Origin: Candidatus Aphodoplasma sp.
GTDB taxonomy: Bacteria > Bacillota > Clostridia > UBA1381 > UMGS1253
NCBI GenBank assembly: GCA_045541115.1
Contig: JAZQIM010000021.1
Location: forward strand, 34,775 to 98,774
Direction of reading: 5' to 3'
Length of the DNA: 64,000 bases
Shown here: one piece after another, positions 57,326-64,000 of the stretch
Numbering within the stretch: position 1 is the first letter of the stretch
Layout of the letters: each line of letters opens with the position of its first letter
The notes under the pieces: model-generated
What the model saw: the letters and a program-made list of their open reading frames with translations, nothing else
The model's database searches: none
Told to the model about the DNA's origin: nothing
Position numbers and translations under genes: made by a program

Positions 57326-57649
57326 ATGGCAAAAAAAAGCATATTCAGCAGCGTAAGCCGTGAAAAAAAAGATAATTCAAAAACAGCGCTGATAGCTCTT
57401 TCGTCTGTTGTCGCACTTCTTTTGATTTTTATTTTGTACTGCGCGGTTTTCTTTTCGGGTGACGGCACTTATGGTAATGCTGTACATGATATAAGCGAAA
57501 TGAAGATACAACTTGAAGAAAAGGATTCCCAGATAAATACATTAAAAGAGCAGATAAACACTTTAGAGGAGCAAAAAAGAAAGCTTGAAGATGAGTTGTC
57601 TGCCATCAAAGCTACGCCAGCACCTCAGGACGATGATGATACACAGTAG
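57326..57649 (+). CDS. membrane-anchored coiled-coil protein, function unknown
   Basis: One TM helix, heptad-rich segment (QINTLKEQINTLEEQKRKLEDEL), acidic tail. GGAGGA SD. Confidence 0.5.
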   Translation: MAKKSIFSSVSREKKDNSKTALIALSSVVALLLIFILYCAVFFSGDGTYGNAVHDISEMKIQLEEKDSQINTLKEQINTLEEQKRKLEDELSAIKATPAPQDDDDTQ

Positions 57650-57697
57650 GCGATAGCAGAAACTAAAATAATAAAATTAAAAAAATTTACAAAAACC

Positions 57698-57726
57698 TTG
57701 ACATTACCTAAAAAAAACAGTATAAT
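57698..57726 (+). promoter_or_regulatory. consensus sigmaA promoter (yceD-rpmF)
   Basis: TTGACA, 17-nt spacer, TATAAT. Confidence 0.65.
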
Positions 57727-57755
57727 ATTGATTGCGGCTTTTATGAGGTGTATAT

Positions 57756-58274
57756 ATGGAACTTAATCTATCTGATGTTATCAAAAATGAAGGAAGCGAA
57801 AAGAGCTTTTGCGAAAACGTGAAAATCGAGCCGATAAAGTATATGGGGCTTGAGGTTGCGTTTGATAAAGACGTAAAAGTGTGCGGAAGCGTAAAGAATG
57901 TGAGCGGAGTGTTGCAGCTTATAGCCGATGTTGATGCTCATATCTCTACGAAGTGCGCCAGATGCCTTTGTGATGTAAAAAAAGAGTTTAGCGTAAAGGT
58001 TGCGGAAACTCTTATGCAGGAAGGCGCAGCGGACACAAAAGTAGATTCGCAAGACGATGGTGAGATTATTGTTTTTTCAGGAAACACCCTTTTACTTGAC
58101 GAAATCGTATTAAACAATATACTTGTTAATATGGAAGTAAAGTATTTGTGTTCGCCGGACTGTAAGGGACTTTGTAGCGTGTGCGGAAAAAATCTAAACA
58201 CCGATAAGTGCGATTGCAGTACCGATTTTATTGACCCAAGGCTTGAAGTGTTATCAAAATTATGTGATAAATAA
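57756..58274 (+). CDS. yceD: YceD/DUF177 family protein
   Basis: Cys-rich C-terminus (CSPDCKGLCSVCGKNLNTDKCDC) and conserved position upstream of rpmF. Confidence 0.85.
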   Translation: MELNLSDVIKNEGSEKSFCENVKIEPIKYMGLEVAFDKDVKVCGSVKNVSGVLQLIADVDAHISTKCARCLCDVKKEFSVKVAETLMQEGAADTKVDSQDDGEIIVFSGNTLLLDEIVLNNILVNMEVKYLCSPDCKGLCSVCGKNLNTDKCDCSTDFIDPRLEVLSKLCDK

Positions 58275-58308
58275 ATTAAATTGCTTAATATAATAGGAGG
58301 TGTATCTC

Positions 58309-58488
58309 ATGGCAGTACCAAAGGGAAAAGTATCTAAGGCAAGAAGAGATAAAAGACGTGCAAACTGGAAGCTTGAGGCTCCAAACCTCGTAAAGTGTCC
58401 TAATTGTCAGGAGTTCATGATGCCACACAGAGCATGTGGCAACTGTGGCTTTTACAATGGCAGAGAGGTTATTAAGAAGGCTGAGTAG
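58309..58488 (+). CDS. rpmF: 50S ribosomal protein L32
   Basis: MAVPKGKVSKARRDKRRANWK and zinc ribbon CPNC...CGNC. Start at ATG 58309 after GGAGGTG. Confidence 0.95.
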   Translation: MAVPKGKVSKARRDKRRANWKLEAPNLVKCPNCQEFMMPHRACGNCGFYNGREVIKKAE

Positions 58489-58514
58489 TACTTATATTTA
58501 AAATTGCCTAAATT

Positions 58515-58542
58515 GGCGGACGTATATTCGTCCGCTTTTTTT
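58515..58542 (+). terminator. intrinsic terminator
   Basis: GCGGACG / CGTCCGC stem followed by T7. Confidence 0.85.
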
Positions 58543-58610
58543 CGTTTATAAAAAAGTTTTTGTCATAGCGAATATGGGCGCGCAATAATCTATTATGGGG
58601 AGGCGATTGC

Positions 58611-58868
58611 GTGCTTAGAGCAGGAGATTTACGACAAAAGGAAGTAATAAATATTGCTACGGGGATGCGCCTTGGATTTGTAAGCGACGTCGAAATAAAT
58701 TTTGAGGATGGATACATCGAGTCGATAGTCGTTCCCGTGCAAAACAGGTTTTTTTTCTTTTTTGGAAAAAATGACGATTATATAATACCATGGAAGGATA
58801 TTATACGCGTCGGCGACGACATAATTTTAGTCGATATGCCCGAGCTTATTAACAAAAAAATAAGATAA
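58611..58868 (+). CDS. YlmC/YmxH-family sporulation protein (PRC-barrel)
   Basis: DLRQKEVINIATGMRLGFVSDVEINFEDGYIESIVVP is typical of the family. GTG start after GGAGG. Confidence 0.8.
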   Translation: MLRAGDLRQKEVINIATGMRLGFVSDVEINFEDGYIESIVVPVQNRFFFFFGKNDDYIIPWKDIIRVGDDIILVDMPELINKKIR

Positions 58869-58869
58869 C

Positions 58870-58898
58870 TTGCAAAATTTTTTATTTTAGTGTATAAT
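58870..58898 (+). promoter_or_regulatory. sigmaA promoter with extended -10 (nrdR)
   Basis: TTGCAA, 17-nt spacer, TGTATAAT. Confidence 0.6.
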
Positions 58899-58945
58899 GA
58901 CTATAAATGTATATGAAAATATATTAAAGTACGGAGGAAAGTAAT

Positions 58946-59401
58946 ATGAAGTGTCCGTTTTGCAATTATGAAGATAGCAAGGTAATTGACTCACGTCCCA
59001 CAGAAGAAGGCACATCAATACGTCGCAGAAGAGAATGTATAGAATGCGGCGGACGATTCACTACATACGAAAAGGTAGAAACGATACCTTTAATTGTTGT
59101 TAAAAATGATAAAGCAAGAGAACCATTTGATCGCCATAAGCTTTTAAATGGTCTTGTAAGAGCGTGCGTTAAACGACCTGTATCGATGGCGGACCTTGAG
59201 AGACTCATCGATGATATTGAGGCGACTATGTCCAACTCCTTAAGACGTGAATTTGCATCGCAGGAAATTGGCGAAATGGCAATGGAGCGTTTGAAGGGGC
59301 TTGATGAAGTTGCATACGTGAGATTTGCATCAGTTTATAAAAAATTCCAGGATGTCGATACATTCCGCAAGGAGCTTAACAAGCTTTTGGGTGATGAGTA
59401 A
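58946..59401 (+). CDS. nrdR: transcriptional repressor NrdR
   Basis: [18 protein letters not shown] zinc ribbon plus ATP-cone, 151 aa. Confidence 0.95.
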   Translation: MKCPFCNYEDSKVIDSRPTEEGTSIRRRRECIECGGRFTTYEKVETIPLIVVKNDKAREPFDRHKLLNGLVRACVKRPVSMADLERLIDDIEATMSNSLRREFASQEIGEMAMERLKGLDEVAYVRFASVYKKFQDVDTFRKELNKLLGDE

Positions 59402-59443
59402 AAGCCTTTTTAGGCAAACTGCATTAACGAAATGAGGAGTTAT

Positions 59444-60304
59444 ATGCCAAGTTTTATTGATTTACATACGCATACAACGGCTTCAGATGGCGCTTTGACA
59501 CCGTCGCAGCTTGTAAGATATGCCGAAGAATGTGGTCTTTGCGCGATAGCAATTACAGACCACGATGCTGTCGGTGGACTTGATGAGGCAAAAGAGGCGG
59601 CACAGGGGCTCGATATTGAAGTAATAAATGGTATAGAGTTTAGTGCGACTTATGATAAGGAACTGCATATATTGGGTTACTATATAGACCCATATGCCGC
59701 CATACTTCAGGGGGCTATGCAGGAGCTGTCGGAAAAAAGAGCAAAAAGAAATATGCATATGATTCAAAAGCTTATAGAAAATGGCTGCGATATTACCCGC
59801 GAAGATGTCTTATCTGCAAAAGAAAGCGACGATATTTCGGAGTTTGGCAGATTGCATATTGCGCTTGCACTTGTAAATAAAGGATATGCAAAAAATCTTA
59901 AAGAGGCATTTAGTAAATATCTTTCGATGGGCGCCTGTGCATACGTTGAGCGCGAGCGTTTTTCGCCAAAGCGATGCATCGAAATTATAAAAAAATCGGG
60001 CGGGTATGCATTTTTGGCACATCCGATATATTTAGATAAAGAGAGTGCGCAGCTCGAAGAGTTTATAGAAGAACTCATTGGATATGGCCTTGACGGCATA
60101 GAATGTTTTCACAGTGCACATACAGACGAATTTTCGGCTCTTTGCGTAGATATAGCAAAAAGACATTCGCTTATGATTAGCGCGGGTTCGGATTATCACG
60201 GCGAAAACAAACGCAGCGCATCTTTAGGTAGAGTAAATAACGGAAGATATATTGAACGCGATATTTTAGATGATATAAAAAACAATATAGCAAAGCTCAA
60301 ATAA
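59444..60304 (+). CDS. PHP-domain phosphoesterase (TrpH/YciV-like)
   Basis: IDLHTHTTASDG and AITDHD. Start at ATG 59444 after GAGGAG. Confidence 0.8.
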   Translation: MPSFIDLHTHTTASDGALTPSQLVRYAEECGLCAIAITDHDAVGGLDEAKEAAQGLDIEVINGIEFSATYDKELHILGYYIDPYAAILQGAMQELSEKRAKRNMHMIQKLIENGCDITREDVLSAKESDDISEFGRLHIALALVNKGYAKNLKEAFSKYLSMGACAYVERERFSPKRCIEIIKKSGGYAFLAHPIYLDKESAQLEEFIEELIGYGLDGIECFHSAHTDEFSALCVDIAKRHSLMISAGSDYHGENKRSASLGRVNNGRYIERDILDDIKNNIAKLK

Positions 60305-60340
60305 AAACAGCCGATATCGATTTTACGATATCGGCTTTAG
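60304..60340. terminator. bidirectional hairpin terminator
   Basis: 11-bp stem AGCCGATATCG / CGATATCGGCT between convergent genes. Confidence 0.75.
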
Positions 60341-60350
60341 TATTTACAGA

Positions 60351-61217
60351 TTACTTATTGTACTTAATATATGATCCGGGAGATGCAATTGCTTCTTCTA
60401 TAGCTTTCATAATCTTAACGGGTGCAATAAAGTCGCTTGCCAGGCGCGGCTGCGCGCTGCCTTTAATAACATCTTCGACATAGTGCATTTCCTTTTCATA
60501 TGCATCTGACAATGTGACACATGCAGTAAGGTTTTCGGCACCTGCTATAACGCTGTATGTATATTTATTTGTTCTGCAAATCATTACAAGGTTTGCAATC
60601 ATGCCGTTTTTGTAGTTTAAAATTACGTTTACGTTGTCATTGTGTACATTTGCAGTAATCGTATCTATATCATCGCCGAATAAGAAGTTTAAGATTTCGA
60701 CGAGATGTATTCCGTGAAATGCAATTCCGCCATACGGATTGTTAAGGCTTGCATATGCGCTTAGAGAAAAGTAATCGACACTTTTTTCGAGCTTTGAAAT
60801 ATCTTCTTTTAACTTAAGTAATTCTGAAGCGCTCTTTAGTGTTGAGCCGCCAAGCAGGGCTGCATCATATTTTTTTGCATAGTCACAAAGCTTTTTTGCA
60901 TCTTCTTCATTAAGAGCAATTGGCTTATCAATCCATATCGGAGTTTTAGATTCTATAAACGGCTTTGCCTGTGCAAAATGGGCGTTGCCATCGCGTGTTA
61001 CGATGAATGCGAGGTCAACCTCGCCAATCATATCCTCGATGTTTTTGCAGCGCGTTTCGATTCCGTATGTATCCATAACATATGTTGTTCTTTCGTCAAA
61101 GCCCGGCTCGCCCCATACGTGAGTGAATTTTGCATCAATAACATTATTTTGATTTATAAGTCTGCAAAAAGCTTCGCAGTGGGTACTTTCCGTGCCGACT
61201 AAACCTATTTTATACAT
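60351..61217 (-). CDS. Gfo/Idh/MocA-family oxidoreductase
   Basis: MYKIGLVGTESTH Rossmann N-terminus and family-typical length. Confidence 0.65.
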   Translation of the reverse strand: MYKIGLVGTESTHCEAFCRLINQNNVIDAKFTHVWGEPGFDERTTYVMDTYGIETRCKNIEDMIGEVDLAFIVTRDGNAHFAQAKPFIESKTPIWIDKPIALNEEDAKKLCDYAKKYDAALLGGSTLKSASELLKLKEDISKLEKSVDYFSLSAYASLNNPYGGIAFHGIHLVEILNFLFGDDIDTITANVHNDNVNVILNYKNGMIANLVMICRTNKYTYSVIAGAENLTACVTLSDAYEKEMHYVEDVIKGSAQPRLASDFIAPVKIMKAIEEAIASPGSYIKYNK

Positions 61218-61240
61218 ATAAACATCTCCTGTGCTATAAA

Positions 61241-62830
61241 TTATTTGCTTATAATAAAGACAGTTTTTGTATTATCTGCCCAATCGACATCTTTATTAAA
61301 TATCTCGCTTATAAAACGGATGGGTACGAGAGTGCGGTCTTTTACAATTATAGATGGCGAGTCAAGAGTAGCCTCATATATAGCGCCGTCATAGTATGTG
61401 ATATGCGCTTTGTCAGAGCCTACGGTCGTCACAATTGTATTTCCCTTCTGGCTTATTGTAATAGTCTTTGTCGCATCATCGTAATCCACAGTAGCGTTTA
61501 GTGATTCAGAAATTGCGCGTAGCGGCACCATCGTTCTGTTGTTTAATATGACAGGCTCACTGTCAAAAGCGATAAAGTGTCCGTCGATGCAAACTTCTAC
61601 TCCTTTTTTCTCGAGCGATTCATACGGATCGCCTTTAGGGGAGAGAAGAGTCTTTTCGCCTTTGTTTAAAAACATATATTTACCGCGAAGGGAATGTGAA
61701 TTTAAAATCGAAAATGCGCTTGCCTCATCTGCCTGATGCCATGTAATATAGTCTGTCGAAATAAGATTTAGTGGTTTTCCGGAAGTGGAAATTCCAAATG
61801 CACTACCGTATAATTTAAGCATTTGTCCGTCAGATAACATAACGCTCGAAGATTCGGTAGTATTTGATGATGTTTTTAAAAGAGATACGCCGCCTGTATT
61901 ATGTACGCTGTCGTGCCATAAAAATGCTTCGCATAAGTTATTTTCGTCGTTACATGTCTTGTAAAGTGGCGTATAAAACATATCCGACGCTTCCCAGTTT
62001 TTCGTATCAGAGCATTTATACACATCGAAAAATGTGTCATCGTATATGCTCGCTATATAAAAGCTTCCGTCATAATAAGAGCCAATAGTCGTTGAGTCGA
62101 CGGGGAGCTTTATAGATGCAAATTCATCTGTAAGAGAAGATGTAAAATAGAGCTTTGCGCCTGAAGTTTCTGTTTTTACAGCGCCGTATATGCTTTTTGT
62201 TTTGTCGTATGATACATAGTCATATGGCAGGACGCATAGCGATAAATCATCATTTAATATAGCGCTAACCTTACCATTTTCAGTATTTATGCCGTTTATT
62301 ATATACATATCGGGATATTTTGATATGTTGAACTCGCCGTCCGATATTTTCTTGTCGGAAAGCTTTACCCAGTCTTTAGCATTAAAAGAAAAGTAGAGAT
62401 ATGCGCTTTTATCTTGAGCATTTTCTTTTTCATATGCTATATATAATTCTCTGTCATAGCTTATAACGGTATCGCGCTTAAATGTGTATAGAAGCTCAAA
62501 GTTTGCGCCGTCATATGATTTTACGAGATAGCCATTATAAAATACGATAAGTGCATCGGAGGACGGCTTTTGGTCGCAAATAATTCTTGCTCCGTCGGAT
62601 CCGTCAATAAAATGCCATTCTTTTGCATTATGTGAATAATAAAGCCCGCCGTCAATACCTGACATATAGTAAACGTTTGATACATAAACAACATTATCCG
62701 ATAATATGTTTTCTTCGGGATAGTCTGTCGGGACAACATCAAAATACGTATAATTTTGCGCATAGGCTATATTTGATAATAAAATACATATAATAGTAAA
62801 AGCTATAATAAAAACGGTTGTCTTTTTCAA
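61241..62830 (-). CDS. secreted protein with propeller-like N-region and two C-terminal copper-amine-oxidase-N (stalk) repeats
   Basis: Signal peptide. Degenerate Asp-box-like repeats (YYSHNAKEW, KSYDGANF, FSFNAKDW). C-terminal MVPLRAISESLNATVDYD and LVPIRFISEIFNKDVDWA. Confidence 0.6.
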   Translation of the reverse strand: MKKTTVFIIAFTIICILLSNIAYAQNYTYFDVVPTDYPEENILSDNVVYVSNVYYMSGIDGGLYYSHNAKEWHFIDGSDGARIICDQKPSSDALIVFYNGYLVKSYDGANFELLYTFKRDTVISYDRELYIAYEKENAQDKSAYLYFSFNAKDWVKLSDKKISDGEFNISKYPDMYIINGINTENGKVSAILNDDLSLCVLPYDYVSYDKTKSIYGAVKTETSGAKLYFTSSLTDEFASIKLPVDSTTIGSYYDGSFYIASIYDDTFFDVYKCSDTKNWEASDMFYTPLYKTCNDENNLCEAFLWHDSVHNTGGVSLLKTSSNTTESSSVMLSDGQMLKLYGSAFGISTSGKPLNLISTDYITWHQADEASAFSILNSHSLRGKYMFLNKGEKTLLSPKGDPYESLEKKGVEVCIDGHFIAFDSEPVILNNRTMVPLRAISESLNATVDYDDATKTITISQKGNTIVTTVGSDKAHITYYDGAIYEATLDSPSIIVKDRTLVPIRFISEIFNKDVDWADNTKTVFIISK

Positions 62831-62955
62831 GATACATACCCTCCTTGCTAATGCTTATTCTAGCACAATGTGCCTTCGGTGTCAACGTAATCATAGTTAA
62901 ATTCGTCGCGGTTTATTTACGTTTTTTAACAGAGTGTAAATTAGTAAAAATATAC

Positions 62956-62984
62956 TTGCAAAAAAAGCCTGAATAGGTTATAAT
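62956..62984 (+). promoter_or_regulatory. sigmaA-type promoter (yajC)
   Basis: TTGCAA, 17-nt spacer, TATAAT. Confidence 0.6.
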
Positions 62985-63073
62985 ATCTAATATATTAGAG
63001 CGTGTATATTTACTTATGCACGCGGATTTAAAAATATTTTATGCCGAAATATGTCGGCGGAATGGAGAATGTT

Positions 63074-63472
63074 ATGTTTGGTATTGTTGCACATGCAGCG
63101 CCGGTGGCAGCGGATGGCGGAGCAGCCGGAATGTCAGGTATTTTTATGATTGTCATAATGTTTGCGATTATGTATTTCCTTCTTATACGTCCGCAGAAGA
63201 AAAAGGAAAAGCAGACAAGAGAAATGATTGCGGCAATCGTTGTTGGCGATGTTATCACAACTATTGGCGGCATTATGGGCAAGGTTGTAAAGGTTAAGGA
63301 AGATGAGATTCTTCTTACAACGGGAATGGTTGGAAATCCTGCTGAACGATCAACTATACGTCTTGCAAAATGGGCGATACGCGACGTTGTTAAAAAGGCT
63401 GAAAATACAGCTGTAATTGATGAGCCGCAGGAGGCTGAAGAAGCAGAGCCGGAAGTAAGCGAAGAAAATTAA
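63074..63472 (+). CDS. yajC: preprotein translocase subunit YajC
   Basis: FAIMYFLLIRPQKKKEKQTREM and VGDVITTIGGIMGKVVKV. Start at ATG 63074 after GGAG. Confidence 0.9.
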   Translation: MFGIVAHAAPVAADGGAAGMSGIFMIVIMFAIMYFLLIRPQKKKEKQTREMIAAIVVGDVITTIGGIMGKVVKVKEDEILLTTGMVGNPAERSTIRLAKWAIRDVVKKAENTAVIDEPQEAEEAEPEVSEEN

Positions 63473-63494
63473 AATTTTTGAATAAAACTGCAAT

Positions 63495-63539
63495 ACTCCG
63501 AATAATGTATAACAGATACGTTATTCGGGGTATTTTTTT
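63495..63539 (+). terminator. intrinsic terminator
   Basis: TACTCCGAATAA / TTATTCGGGGTA stem followed by T7. Confidence 0.8.
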
Positions 63540-63574
63540 ATCTTCAAAAAATTATCAAACACAGGGAGGATAAT

Positions 63575-63994
63575 ATGAAAAATGTTACAGCTGTTTCGGA
63601 AGAAAAAAATACAGCAAAAAAAATGGGCGCTGTATTTAAAGGCGCCATTATTGCGATTATAATAAGTGTTTTACTCTTTTTAGTTTTAGCGCTTGTTATG
63701 CTATATACTCCGTTGCCGCAGCAATCCGTTGGCCCGACTGCCGCTGCGATAAGTCTTCTTTGTGTGTTTTTGGGAGCATATTTATGCGCAAAGGCCTTGG
63801 GTGAAAAAGGATGGCTGTGGGGAAGTGTGTGCGGACTTATTTATTATATTATTTTATATATCAGTGCACTTAGCGCAGTAAAAGAGTTTAATTTTTCGAT
63901 AAAGACGCTTATTATGATTATAATAGGAATGCTTACAGGAATGCTTGGCGGAATATGGGCAGTAAACAGTGGGGCAAAGAAAAGACGAAGATAA
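63575..63994 (+). CDS. small polytopic membrane protein (TIGR04086/YrzE-like, tentative)
   Basis: 139 aa, 4 TM helices, position after yajC. GGGAGGA SD. Confidence 0.45.
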   Translation: MKNVTAVSEEKNTAKKMGAVFKGAIIAIIISVLLFLVLALVMLYTPLPQQSVGPTAAAISLLCVFLGAYLCAKALGEKGWLWGSVCGLIYYIILYISALSAVKEFNFSIKTLIMIIIGMLTGMLGGIWAVNSGAKKRRR

Positions 63995-64000
63995 AGATAT

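Overview
This is a 64-kb chromosomal segment from a low-GC, anaerobic, endospore-forming Firmicute. Gene content points to class Clostridia: rnfCDGEAB, a glgC-glgD-glgA-glgP glycogen operon, addBA, gpr, ylmC/ymxH, a Spo0E-like module and rny-ymdB. I support about 56 protein genes, one tRNA-Pro(GGG), and a set of intrinsic terminators and near-consensus sigmaA promoters. I saw no rRNA, CRISPR array, transposase or integrase. Most of the window is ordinary housekeeping: nucleotide and ribose metabolism, the AI-2/SAH cycle, Rnf, glycogen, DNA repair, ribosome, and secretion. Two places are not explained by ordinary annotation. (1) 33.97-35.03 kb is a ~1.07-kb repeat-rich stretch with no credible CDS, lying next to tRNA-Pro. 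It is built from two diverged tandem units and carries six same-strand copies of a near-perfect sigmaA promoter motif (TTGACA-N17-TATAGT with a TGTGG extended -10). Copy A is followed by a compact, terminator-ended candidate sRNA. (2) 7.07-9.46 kb is a two-gene cassette encoding a polymorphic-toxin-like protein and a DUF5050 beta-propeller lipoprotein. It is bracketed by a 23/25-nt inverted repeat and an 18-19-nt direct repeat. Smaller oddities are an in-frame Lgt/Spo0E-like fusion with an internal SD+ATG, an ImmA/IrrE-like protein whose HExxH is CQxxH, an untracked DUF3006 small ORF, a 12-bp perfect palindrome with a promoter half-site, and a Rex-like box at the rnf promoter. All product calls rest on motif, length and synteny recognition by eye. 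No database search, alignment program or GC calculation was run. Several ORF-track N-termini were shortened where an internal SD+ATG is evident, because the track also opens ORFs at GTG/TTG.
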